Part shown: positions 11,306 to 20,487 of the stretch, piece by piece
Layout: each line of letters starts with the position of its first letter
How positions within the stretch are numbered: position 1 is the first letter of the stretch
Assembly: GCF_006345805.1 (NCBI RefSeq)
Contig: NW_021826244.1
Span: forward strand, 1 to 30,624
Direction of reading: 5' to 3'
DNA: 30,624 nt
From: Octopus sinensis
Lineage: Eukaryota
Translations under genes and position numbers: made by a program
Notes under the pieces: model-generated
Told to the model about the DNA's origin: nothing
The model's database searches: none
Seen by the model: the letters and a program-made list of their open reading frames with translations, nothing else

Positions 11306-14300
11306 CAGTTATGTTGAAATGTGATGCAGGGAAGTGTAACATTGATGACAAAACATTTGTAGAGTAAATGATGGGCTAATTTGACTGACATGTCATGTCA
11401 TAAGGGCCCTGTTACAAATTATGTCAAAAATTTTAAGAATGTAAAACCATGTGTGGAACATAAGTGATGTATGTTCCCAGTTTGGAGAAAATCAGTTGTG
11501 AACTTCAGAAATTACGTGGGTTTACACACATACACACACAACCTGGCTTTTATATATTTTGATTATGGCTGTGATAAGAAGTATACTTCCCAACCACATG
11601 AATTTGGATTCAGTCTCTTTACGTGGCACCTTGGACAAGTATCTTTTACTTTAGCACAGGGCTGACCATCTTGGAGGCGAGCTGGCAGAAATGTTAGCAT
11701 GCCGGGTGAAATGCGTAGCCGTATTTCATCTGCCGTTACGTTCCGAGTTCAAATTCCACTGAGGTCGATAAATTGAGTACCAGTTACGCACTGGGGTCGA
11801 TATAATCCACTTAATCCGTTTGTCTGTCCTTGTTTGTCCTCTCTGGGTAGTAAAAAAATAATATTTCATCTTGGATTTCTATTAATTTTCAGGTACCTTA
11901 TTTCATTGAAGAACTAAAAATTACAGATATTGATTTAGGTACTTCGATTCCGATTCTTCAGAAGTCCTCTAAACCCTATCTGGACGAACGGGGTTTCTGG
12001 GTTGACCTGCAGACGATGTATACTGGTGGTTTCAAGATGACTATTTCTACTAAGGTTAATTTGATGAAACTTAAGAAAAAGTCACTTGAAAAATCTCCAG
12101 TTCTTACAAGCAGACGGTTTGTATAATAAAATTTAATTTTTCTCCATCCATCCATCCACCCATCCATCTCCTCTGTTTCCTATTCCTGGGAAGGTGGCCG
12201 TTAGGGTGTAGAGTCCTCAAGTACCCCATCCATAGGGTCCTACCAGAAGCAACCATCCTTACTCTTTCCTGCTACACTCTCAACCATGACCAACTAAGAC
12301 TATGGATATTATTCAACTATCTCATTATTGGTCGACCCCCTAGGTCTTCCACTGGTTGGCTCAGCTTGAAGAATCTGTCTTGCGATTCCCTCTTGCAACA
12401 TTCTAATCACATTGTCCGTTTTACCAGAGCTGTGGCCTCTCAATTTAAAGAAGTTGCAGCTTAACCAGAGCAGATTTCCCTATCTCCATTTTCTGCACCC
12501 TTTTAGGTAACATTACTCCAGAAATCCACCAAAGGAACCTCATTTTGGTTGTTTGTATTCATGCTTACAATTTAATTTTAATTAAATTTGATTTAATTAA
12601 ACTATTGATTCAGTCTTCACTATAGACTGCATTTATATATTTTATATTTACATAATAAGAATTTAGAAACTTCGAGTGAACATGAAATAATCCATTTTAA
12701 ACAGCAGAACTTAAAGTAGATAAAAACTATAAACAGCAGTATGTCAATGTTAGGTTTAAAAAAAAACTCTTTGGACAGAAAAGGCTGAAGGCAAATTTAT
12801 CTACTTCAAGTTCCACTATTAACAAATATTTCATTTTTATTTATTAATCTATTTTTATTCTAGTTCTGCAGTGACTGATTCTAATGAAGAAGATAGCGCT
12901 GAGTCTTCGACAGATGAAGAGCCTGAGGATAACGGTATAGATGAGAGGTAAAATTTGTTTGTGTGTAAATCTCTCTATATATATAAAGCTGAAGTTGTCT
13001 GTGTATGGCAGGTTTGGTAGCCTTCAACTAACACTATCTCCTCCGAGACCCTGTGGTGTAAGTTAACCAAAATTGAGAGTATGATAGAAGAAGGCTTGCT
13101 CTTCATTCCCTAGAAGATAAAATTCAAATCAGACCATGTTAAAACCAAAAATTATTTACATCAAAAAGGTGCTTTTTTTCTATGAAAATCCCTATTTTTT
13201 ACAATTTTTTGGCTGCTGTGTCGCCATTTTTCAGTGTATTTCAGCCAGAAAAATGTTCACTTAAAGGGAATAACAAGCTACATAATGCAAAATTTTTACT
13301 TTTCAAAAATTCCAATTCTAAAGGGTCGAAACAAACCTGAGCAACGCTGGGTGATACTGCTAGTTGGGAATATATATGTATGTTGTACGTTTGAAGTGAA
13401 GTGTGTCCTCTCTTTGTTGATGAAAAAAACCTTGCCATGTCGTATATGTCTCTGCATGCACACTCCAGTCACAAATACACATGATACTTATCATTTAATA
13501 TACTCAAGATTTAAGGTGATGAGCTGGCAGAGTCATTAGCATGGTGGACAAAGTACTCAGCGGCATTTCATCTGTCTTTATGTTCTGAATCCAAATGCCG
13601 TCAGGGTTAATAAAATAAGTACTAGTTGACCACTGGTGTCAGTGTAATCTCTTTATACCTACCCTTGAAATTGCTGGCCTTGTACTAAAATTTGAAACTG
13701 ATATACGCAAGATTTAAATGCAAGCTGCTATAAGTTTCATGCCTCTGATAATGCAACAATTTGACAAATTTGTATGCTTTGGGTAATAGAATAATACACC
13801 AATAGAATAAGTACCAGGCTTATAAAAAAGTCCTGGAGTTGATTCATTTGACTAAAACCCTTCAAGGAGGTGCTCCAGCATGGTCGCAATCAAATGACTG
13901 AAACAAGTAAAAGAATGAATAACGCAGTCCACCATGAAGTGAGATAAATTTCATCATCATTGTTTGACCGTGATCAAGACAATGGAATTTACTATATTAT
14001 GCCAGACCTCACGGTCCATTATAGCATTACGGAAGTCCTGTTGCTGGATGCCTGTATCCCTGGAGATTACATCAGGGTAAGAGAGTGTGCGCCCTCTGGT
14101 ATTGCGAGCAGATGGCTTCCAGAGGAGAAGAGTAGAAATTGCCTCGTTTTCAGCTCTACAACAATGTCCAGCAAACTGGACTCTTCTACCTTTCACAAGA
14201 GATGACACAGGTGGTAATTTCCCATATATTTGTACTTTGGTTGGATGACACTTCCACGAGAGATTTTGAGCTCTCATAAGGAGGCGAGTGTAAGTTCCAT

Positions 14301-17300
14301 CCAACCGCCTCTCAAGCTTCTTTGATAACGTCCAGGTTTCTGAGCCATATAGTAGAATTGTATCCTTGGAGATTACATCAGGGTAGGAGAATGTGCGCCC
14401 TCTGGTATCGCGAGCAGATGGCTTCCAGAGGAGAAGAGTAGAAATTATCTCGTTTTCAGCACTACAACAATGTCCAGCAAACTGGACTATTCTACCTTTC
14501 ACAAGAGATGATACAGGTGGTAATTCCCCATATATTTGTACTTATAATAGAATTGGTTCGACTGCAGCTTTGAAGATTTTTAAGTTTGAAATCTCTACTT
14601 AGATTTGATGCGATAAATTTAACCAAAGTTTTCTTTGCAGCAGCGGAGTTCCACAGATTGGCAGCAGTGGCAGTGGAGCTAGCCGCAAGATTCTGCGATA
14701 CATTGACATGATAACACAATCCAAGTATTTCCAGCAAGCCACTGAGTACAAGTATATAAAGAAGGCAATGGAAGGTGTATCCAACACACCACTGATTCTT
14801 ACTGTTGAGGTGCATTGTCTCAATGGTGTCCTCACCATTAATGTGCCTCCTCCACCTACAGATAGATTGTGGTAAGGATTCTTCATTCTTTATCTCTCAA
14901 TATTTTTACGTATTTTTCCATTTGTTTCTTTGTTTTTACTATGAGTGGCTGTGTGGTTAAGAGGTTTGCTTGCCAGTCACATGGTTTCAGGTTCAGTCCC
15001 TGCCCTGCTGCATGACACCTTGCTTGGGCAAATGTCTTCTATTATTGCCCTGGACCAACCAAAACCTTGTGATTGTATTTGATAGAAACTGAAAGAAGGC
15101 CTGCCATATATAGAAATATAAAGTACCTTGGATTTCAGAACAACCTGCTGTGCTTGAGGAGACCTATTGAGTCAAGTACATGAACATCGAAATAAATATC
15201 AATGGAAATAGTAATTGTGATACCTGTGCCGGTGGCACATAAAAAGCACCATCCGAATGTGGCCGATGCCAGCACCACCTCGACTGGCTTTTGTACCGGT
15301 GGCATGTAAAAAGCACCATCCGAACGTGGCCAATGCCAGCGCCGCCTTGACTGGCTTCTGTGCCGGTGGCATGTAAAAAGCACCATCTTGACTGGCTTCT
15401 GTGCCGGTGGCACGTAAAAAGCACCGACCGATCGTGGCCGCTGCCAGACTCCCCTGGCACCTGTGTCCGTGGCACATAAAAAGCACCCACTAAACTCACG
15501 GAGTGGTTGGCATTAGGAAGGGCATCCAGCTGTAGAAACACTGCCAGATCAGACTGGAGCCTGGTGCAGCCTCCTGGCTTCCCAGACCCCGGTCGAACCG
15601 TCCAACCCGTGCTAGCACGGAAAACGGACATTAAACGATGATGATGATGAAATATGTATACATACAAGCATGGCTGTGTGGTAAGAAACTTACATCCCAA
15701 CCACATGATTCCGGGTTCAGTCCCACTGTGTGGCACCTTGGGCAAGTATCTTCTACTATAACCTTGTGAGTGAGTTTGGAAGACAAATTGAAAAAAGCTT
15801 GTCATATATACATACACACGTGTGTGTGTGTCTTTGTTGTGTCTGTGTTTGTCCACCACCCCCATCACCACTTGACAACTGGTGTTGGTGTGTTTACATC
15901 CCCGTCATGATCATAGAGCAATGTGAAATTAAGTATTTTGCTCAAGAACACAACATGCCACCACCTTGGGAATTGAACCTACGATCTAGCAATTGTGAAT
16001 GCAACACCATAACCCTAGACAACATACCTTCACACATGTATGTGTATGTATGCAGATGTGTGTGTGTGTGTGTGATGATTTATAAATGAGCATCCCCATC
16101 ATACAAGGGACATTGTCCATTTCCAGTCTTCCACAAAGAGCATGTCTGGCCATGGTGGAAATATCACCTTGCTTGGAAGCAGGTTGGTGACAGGGAGGGC
16201 ATCCGGCTGCAGAAAATCCACCTCAACAAACTCCATCTTTTGTAGGTTCTGTTGGAGGCATGCTGGCCCCTGAACACCAATCTGAAAAAATGAATTCCCT
16301 TCCTTTTCTTTTCACTTGTCTTGCTACCCCTCTTTCTGAGATTTAATTTAAAAAAAAAGAAAGAATCACTCCAAACAAACAACTGTGCAACGTGTACTGT
16401 TTTTTAATCCAGGTATGGTTTTCGTGATAATCCACAACTGACTCTTGTGGCTAAACCTAAGGTTGGAGAAAGAGAAGTGACTGTTACCCATATCACTGAA
16501 TGGATCGAGAAGAAATTAACCATTGAATTCCAGGTAAAAGACGCTTTCTTTTCTTCTATCATTTCTTTGATTATAATATTCCATCCTTTAATCTGTTAAG
16601 CATCTAAACTAACCACATCCAGCCCAAATATTCTACCTGTTTTACATTTAAACCAGCCAGATCCAGCCTCTCACACTAACCCTGAAATGTCATTCTAAAA
16701 ATAAACAGTGACATCATTGAAATCTGAAAGCTATGAGATAATACAAGATTAATTCAAAATAATCTGAATAAATTAAATAAGCATTACATGTTTGTATATC
16801 TGTATGTTCTTCTCTGGTTTTAATTATTTAAATTCTTCTTCTGAAGACGGTGGTTTCTAGCAAAGATACAAAGCTCCATCACTGGAATTTTTTAATTTTA
16901 ATTAATTTTTTTTTAATTCAATTTTTATTGGCTCAAAAAGCAAAAGCAAGGCCATGTAGGGGGACAGGGAATTATGTACAGGGAGGATGGTCATACAAAG
17001 AGCTCAGGCCATTTCCGGTCGAGAGAGACTTTGAACCGAGCGGTCGTCGGCATCTTCGCTATCTCGTCCGGCAGCTTATTCCACGGATTCGCAACCCAGA
17101 CGGAGAAAGCCCCTCTCCTTCGATTGAGATGAAATTGTCATAGATAACGTAAACAATGTCACATTTTAAACCTGAGGGAAGTCTTGCATAGTTCCACTTG
17201 CAGATTGTATTTGTAATGTGTGAGTCAGTTAGTTGAATCCTTTTTCTTAAAATCCAAACTTATCTGTGTGTGTGTGTGTGTGATACATTATTTACCAATC

Positions 17301-19289
17301 TCTTCAGTATTTAAATCAATTATTCTTGCTTGTAAACATTAATAGTTTTCATTCTTCTTCTCTTCAAATTTTCTTTGTCAATCAAAGAATTAGTATTCTT
17401 CAGAAAAATAGTAAGACAGTGTTGCTAGGGTAATGGCTTGGTAAATACAACCTACAGCTTGCATTCAGTTCTGAGCTGGAGTAGCTTCTATTACTTGCCC
17501 CTAAAATCGAATATATATTCTTTAGAGTGGTTGGAGTTTGGAAGAGCATCCAGCCATAAAAACCCTGCCAAAACAAACACAATTGTCTGGGGTAGTCTTC
17601 TATCTGACCGGCTTCTGTCAACCATCCTACCCATGCATGCATGGAAGACAGACGTTAAACAATGATGATAATGATATATATATATATACAGGGGTTGGAC
17701 AAAATAATGGAAACACCTTAAAATTTCAAGCAAATTTATTTTAATATGGGGGTAGGACCACCTTTGGTAGTAATTACAGCTTGAATTCTAAAAGATATGG
17801 ACTCGTACAGTTTGAATTTTTGTTCATTCTTCAACTAAAACAGTCTCCAGTTCTTGTAGTGATGTGGTGGAGGATATCAACTCCTTACTTGTTTTTCTAA
17901 AATGCACCATAAATGTTCAATAATATTGAGATCTGGGGACTGTGGTGGCCAGATAAGATGTTCAACTTCACTAGAATGTTCCTCGTGCCATTCAGTAACA
18001 ACTTTAGCTGTGTGAATTGGTGCATTATCATCCTGAAAGATTGTGTTGCCCTCCAGAAACAGTTCCACAACTATAGGATGAATTTGATAAGATAAAATGC
18101 TTAAATAGATTTGACTATTAATTCTGCCATGAAGGGAAACCATTGGGCTGGCGGATTTCCAAGATAGCCCCCACCCCAGATCATCACAGATCCTCCTCCA
18201 TGTTTAACAGTTGGAAGAAGACAGTCTAGGTCAAATGCTTTTTTTCATTGTCTCCGCACGTATACTCGGCCTGTGGTCAGAAATGAGGTAAAGGATGACT
18301 TGTCCGAGAAAATAACATTCTTCCACTGCTCTACAGACCAATTCTGTAGGTTTTTACTCCACTCAAAACACTTTGCAACATTTGTTTTTGAAAGTAGTGG
18401 ATTTCTGATTGCAGCCCTCCCATGAAATCCAGCTTTGTGCAGCTCCCAGTGAGCAGTTTTTGTGGAAACTGGGTTCTCAAGGTGGTCATTAAGCTCTGCA
18501 GTAATTTGGGGAGCTGTACTTTTGTGATCCTTTCTAAAAATTCATGTAAGAATCCAACAGTCCCTATCTGAAAGTTTTGGTTTTCTTCTGGAGTTTTGTT
18601 TCGACAAAGAGCTTTTTTCCCGCTTTCTCAAAGGCTGTCATTACTTTTGAGACAGTACTTCTTGATACACCAAACATTTCAGCTGTTTTCATTACACTAG
18701 CGCCTTCCATACGAACACCAACAATTTGACTTCTGTGAAAGTCCGATAGATCTGTCATCTGAATGAATTATAATTGCCTTTTTCTAAAAATATCTGAAAA
18801 GAACACATTAAGCAACACTAATAATAAATAAAAAAAAGCATAAAAATAAACAAGCTTTTGACGGTTTTGTAGATATTTCAAAATTATGATGCTAGATGTT
18901 TCCATTATTTTGTCCAACCCCTGTGTGTGTGTATATATATATATACAACTTATAAACAAGAGCAAGAGAAAATTATTTCTATGCCAATATGCTGATAACA
19001 GACTTTTAAATCATCAATTTCCACATATTATATACTCACTACAGAAATATATTGTACTGAAATTGGGAAGCTAGGCAACAGAATTTTTTTAAAAAGTTCT
19101 GTCGGCTAGTTTTCCTCGATTTCTGCATAACGTATTTCTGTAGTGGGTATAACAATATGTGGAAATTGATGATTTAAAAGTCTGTTATCAGCATATTGGC
19201 ATAGAAATAATTTTCTTTTGCCCTTGTTTATCAGTTGTTTATAATTGATGAAATTTTTTTCTGTAAAAAAACTTCATCCTATATTAGTA

Positions 19290-19326
<37 letters not shown>

Positions 19327-19712
19327 ACCTAATTTGGTGCTGTTTCTAATTTTGTCATATACTGTTAAAACCAATTAAAAAATAACTGTGTATGTGTAAT
19401 GGATAAGATTATTTAGGTACAACACCAATTTTCTGGAACTTTTGATTCCAAAGTCTTTCTTGAAAGTCAGTGTTGTACCTGGATATACATTTATGTTCTA
19501 TATTTCAGCAGGTATCTAACAAAAAAAAAAAAAAAAAAGATGGATTCTTTTTTTTTATTCTTCATTCATTTGGTTGTTTTTTTCTGTATATTTCTTAGCG
19601 AATATTTGTGCTGCCCAATATGGATGACTTGGTAATCCCTCTGTTGCTGCCAGGACTTCCTGAGGACGCTGTCCCTTCGACCATCTGTCCACCTGACGGC
19701 ACTGAGGTCTGA
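2977..19712 (+). CDS. TEX2: Testis-expressed protein 2 orthologue (N-terminal disordered region, TM hairpin, PH domain, SMP-LTD domain); join(2977..4215,8971..9966,11893..12116,12864..12947,14641..14871,16413..16533,19599..19712), 3009 nt, 1002 aa
   Basis: Spliced translation contains motifs I recognise from TEX2: SIQFSAS, TM hairpin, GWMNELYYYDPDNY, LYLFARTGREKEEW, WINALIGRCLWDFL, KLSKIHVPYF, TPLILTVEV, PPPPTDRLWYGFR, KVGEREVT, FVLPNMDD. All six introns are GT..AG and the phases (0,0,2,2,2,0) keep one open frame to TGA at 19710-19712. Confidence 0.95.
4309..4620 (+). mobile_element. Full-length tRNA-derived SINE (family H, tail A) with 12-bp TSD
   Basis: A box TGGCCCAGTGG and B box GGTTTCGATTCC. 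TSD AAAGGAATTATA at 4297-4308 and 4621-4632. Confidence 0.9.
4889..4969 (+). ncRNA. Decayed hammerhead motif (4927-4969, G8A) with an inverted partial copy (4889-4923) forming a hairpin
   Basis: Plus strand reads CTGACAA-C-GAGC-ATCGT-GCTT-GAAAC-TCAGGT-GTA-CCA. The minus-strand copy reads TGG-CTGACGA-C-CAGC-ATTGC-GCTT-GAAAC and is truncated. Confidence 0.5.
5057..5160. repeat. (TG)n/(TA)n microsatellite; similar tracts at ~2048-2085, 2365-2397, 2571-2617, 2854-2884, 5470-5520, 11272-11303, 19283-19323, 28833-28891, 29078-29130, 30414-30505
   Basis: Direct inspection of the sequence. Confidence 0.95.
5161..5320 (-). mobile_element. Hammerhead-bearing interspersed element ending in a long (TA)n tract
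   Basis: Contains the 5262-5309 hammerhead and abuts (TA)n at 5091-5160 at its minus-strand 3' end. Confidence 0.5.
5262..5309 (-). ncRNA. Minimal type I hammerhead ribozyme, U4C core variant
   Basis: Minus strand reads AAAACTGT-CCGACGA-ACG-GGAA-CGT-GAAAC-T-CCG-A-GTA-ACAG-C-TTTTT. All three stems pair. GUA cleavage is predicted between 5272 and 5271. Confidence 0.7.
5337..5458 (-). mobile_element. Family H SINE head fragment
   Basis: Reverse complement of 4311-4445. Confidence 0.8.
5519..5722 (-). mobile_element. Hammerhead-bearing element with a 42-bp perfect inverted duplication, between (TA)n tracts
   Basis: Arms 5519-5560 and 5616-5657 are exact reverse complements around a 55-nt loop. 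Confidence 0.55.
5552..5616 (-). ncRNA. Type I hammerhead-like motif, U4C variant, inside a 42-bp perfect inverted repeat
   Basis: Minus strand reads AAGATAA-CCGAAGA-GATG..GTGGA-TT-TCCAC..CATC-T-GAAAC-T-CAG-A-GTT-TTATCTT. Stem I has 7 bp, and there is an extra U before G12. Confidence 0.55.
6585..7290 (-). mobile_element. Family T retroposon with (GAT)n tail and ~8 tandem ~65-bp units (6750-7290)
   Basis: Tail CATCATCATCGTTTAACGTCCGCTTTCCATG. Units are GTGCTTTTTAC-GTGCCACCGGCAC..GCCAG..CTGGC. Other copies or fragments lie at ~538-600, 5740-5930, 6370-6430, 17440-17675, 22060-22530, 26085-26245 and 28105-28530. Confidence 0.85.
7385..7840 (+). mobile_element. Two tandem family G SINEs (7385-7610, 7615-7840)
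   Basis: GAGCTGG..GTTAGC..TTCTGAGTTCAAAT core, twice head-to-tail. Confidence 0.8.
8003..8128 (+). mobile_element. RTE (BovB-like) ORF2 fragment, fused to a SINE-like fragment at 7900-8002
   Basis: NLKKTVVMHQPAPG...LDVVDQFVYLGSTI matches the KT.VM...F.YLGS motif that follows the RT domain in RTE elements. Confidence 0.75.
8162..8283 (+). mobile_element. Short mariner-like fragment
   Basis: TA|CAGGTTGGCCAAAAGTCACCCG TIR-like start, plus CVAQEGLQFEQFS*, which resembles a mariner-type transposase C-terminus. No second TIR seen. Confidence 0.4.
8344..8903. mobile_element. Decayed copy of the same piggyBac-like MITE, interrupted by a tRNA-type SINE (~8511-8856)
   Basis: Positions 8344-8510 and 8857-8903 align with 20181-20400. 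The insert begins GCTCAGTGGTTAGAG (A-box-like). Confidence 0.6.
8971..9966 (+). CDS. TEX2: TEX2 exon encoding the PH domain and start of the SMP domain
   Basis: Acceptor tgttttcaAG|GGA TGG ATG (GWMNE), donor CAT|GTGAGT at 9967. 996 nt, phase 0/0. Confidence 0.95.
10085..10745 (-). mobile_element. CR1-clade LINE 3' end with a ~170-bp tandem duplication
   Basis: TRGHVYKVRK..RKHFFTLRVAEVWNKLP is the CR1 ORF2 C-terminal motif. Positions 10290-10459 are repeated at 10501-10670, with a (TAA)n-like tail near 10085. Confidence 0.85.
10878..11245. mobile_element. Non-autonomous TIR element (MITE), copy 1
   Basis: ~30-bp TIRs GGATCTTTTCGGTTTGAACGGCAGTTTTTT. An inverted second copy lies at 23088-23514. 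Confidence 0.75.
11555..11860 (+). mobile_element. Family S head fragment followed by a family G SINE (11675-11860)
   Basis: GGCTGTG..AAGAAG..CCCAACCACATG, then GGCGAGCTGGCAGAAATGTTAGC. Ends ~30 nt before the 11893 acceptor. Confidence 0.75.
11893..12116 (+). CDS. TEX2: TEX2 SMP-domain exon (VPYFIEELKITDIDLG...KVNLMKLKKKSLEKSPVLTSR)
   Basis: Acceptor ttttcAG|GTA, donor CG|GTTTGT at 12117. 224 nt, phase 0/2. Not in the ORF track. Confidence 0.92.
12290..12560 (-). mobile_element. Old decayed RTE-like LINE fragment
   Basis: Frameshifted MRFLWWISG..IERPQL..GQVIRMLQEGIARQIL..GRPRGRP on the minus strand. Confidence 0.55.
12864..12947 (+). CDS. TEX2: TEX2 acidic-linker exon (SAVTDSNEEDSAESSTDEEPEDNGIDE)
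   Basis: Acceptor ttttattctAG|T, donor AG|GTAAAA at 12948. 84 nt, phase 2/2. Matches the DSDEES-type acidic insert in the TEX2 SMP domain. Confidence 0.88.
12970..13363 (+). mobile_element. Non-autonomous Helitron, 394 bp
   Basis: Begins A|TCTCTCTATATATATAAA and ends with a subterminal hairpin (ACCTGAGC-AAC-GCTGGGT) then CTAG|T. No TSD. These are the Helitron A|TC...CTRR|T hallmarks. Confidence 0.8.
13515..13915 (+). mobile_element. Decayed family G SINE (13515-13700) and family S tail (13800-13915)
   Basis: Sequence similarity to the other copies in this window. Confidence 0.7.
13952..14611 (-). mobile_element. 5'-truncated RTE-clade LINE with internal duplication, (TGA)n tail and 9-bp TSD
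   Basis: ORF2 C-terminus ILLYGSETW..FAGHCCR..DREVW. TSD GATAAATTT at 13943-13951 and 14612-14620. Confidence 0.88.
14641..14871 (+). CDS. TEX2: TEX2 SMP-domain exon (...RKILRYIDMITQSKYFQQATEYKYIKKAMEGVSNTPLILTVEV...PPPPTDRLW)
   Basis: Acceptor ttctttgcAG|C, donor TG|GTAAGG at 14872. 231 nt, phase 2/2. Not in the ORF track. Confidence 0.93.
14943..16030 (+). mobile_element. Nested SINE/retroposon cluster: family S heads (14943-15110, 15670-15905) and a family T retroposon (15121-15652)
   Basis: Family S head motif twice, and a family T array plus AGGAAGGGCATCCAGCTGTAGAAAC..(GAT)n tail. Confidence 0.8.
16413..16533 (+). CDS. TEX2: TEX2 SMP-domain exon (YGFRDNPQLTLVAKPKVGEREVTVTHITEWIEKKLTIEFQ)
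   Basis: Acceptor ttttaatccAG|G, donor CAG|GTAAAA at 16534. 121 nt, phase 2/0. Confidence 0.93.
16595..16795. mobile_element. Third, decayed copy of the piggyBac-like MITE
   Basis: Shares AAACCAGCCAGATCCAGCCTCTCACAC..GTCATTCTAAAAATAAAC..CATCATTGAAATCT..AAGCTATGAGA with 8360-8500 and 20195-20340. Confidence 0.6.
16915..17150 (-). mobile_element. Second CR1-clade LINE 3' fragment (different family)
   Basis: Minus strand reads FHLNRRRGAFSVWVANPWNKLPDEIAKMPTTARFKVSLDRKWPELFV*. Confidence 0.7.
17689..18923 (-). mobile_element. Full-length decayed Tc1-like transposon, DD36E (Incomer-like), 1235 bp
   Basis: 27-bp perfect TIRs CAGGGGTTGGACAAAATAATGGAAACA (17689-17715/18897-18923), with TA on the left. 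Frameshifted transposase: N-terminal HTH MTDLSDFHRSQIVG (18758), VIFSD, and FQDDNAP...SPDLNIIE with 36 residues between D and E. Confidence 0.9.
18946..19237. mobile_element. Palindromic (foldback) MITE, ~292 bp
   Basis: The left and right halves are reverse complements with a 63-bp perfect core, centred near 19090. TA on the left flank. Confidence 0.75.
19599..19712 (+). CDS. TEX2: TEX2 last coding exon (RIFVLPNMDDLVIPLLLPGLPEDAVPSTICPPDGTEV*)
   Basis: Acceptor tttcttAG|CGA. FVLPNMDD is the TEX2 C-terminal motif. Stop TGA at 19710-19712. Confidence 0.92.
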   Translation, partial: RIFVLPNMDDLVIPLLLPGLPEDAVPSTICPPDGTEV

Positions 19713-20180
19713 TACAGTTGACGCCAATTAAACATTTCATTGCTCTTAATCGATCGTCAATTGTCCATCTGACCCTCTCTGCTTGTCAGGCCAATTTTCT
19801 TGCTGGTCAGCATTCTTCTATATACAACCACACATATTTCTATATTTTTATATACTTGTCAGACTCTTGCAGTGTAATGCACACATATCAAGTAGCTATT
19901 CGTTCGTAATGCAGCTTGTTTTGTGTTGTTTTGTATTTCTGTTGAATTCACGGATCAGTAGTCTTGTATTTAAAGCATGACTTGTTTTTTGCAGTTTTTT
20001 TTTATGGTCAGCATTATTTTATATACAACTGCACATGTATATTTCTATATATCTGTATATATTTGTCAGAATCTTGCAGTGTGATGCACAAAAATTATGT
20101 AGCTTTTCTTTTGTAACACAACTTACTTTGAGTTGTTTTGTATTTTTGTTGAGTTCACGGATCAGTAGTCTTGTGTTTAA

Positions 20181-20400
20181 CCCTTTAGTGTTTAAACCGG
20201 CCATATCCGGTCAAAATATTCTACCTGCTTTATGTTCAAACTAGTCAGATATGGTCATTCATAGCCACCTTATTGTGTCATTTTAAAAATAAACATTCGC
20301 ATCATTGAAATCTCAAAGCCATGAAATGATGCAAGATTAATTTTACATGGTGTGAATACATAACCTTTACATTTGACAGAATAATCTGAATGCTAAAGGG
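20181..20400. mobile_element. piggyBac-like MITE, 220 bp, in the TEX2 3' UTR
   Basis: TTAA|CCCTTTAG...CTAAAGGG|TTAA (TSD 20177-20180, 20401-20404). Removing it restores the host 200-bp repeat unit. Confidence 0.8.
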
Positions 20401-20487
20401 TTAAAAAGCATGACTTGTTTTTTGCAGTTTTATTTGATGGTCAGCATTATTTTATATACAACTGCACATGTATATTTCTATATATCT

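Noticed and set aside
13957-14502. 181-aa minus-strand ORF as a nested cellular gene
   Set aside because: It is RTE ORF2 C-terminal sequence with an internal duplication, tail and TSD.
16838-16890. Another hammerhead starting CTGAAGA-C-GGTGG..CCATC
   Set aside because: No GAAA box or stem III follows. At most a truncated half motif.
16850-17143. 97-aa + strand ORF as an alternative TEX2 exon
   Set aside because: It is the antisense of a CR1 3' fragment plus AT-rich flank.
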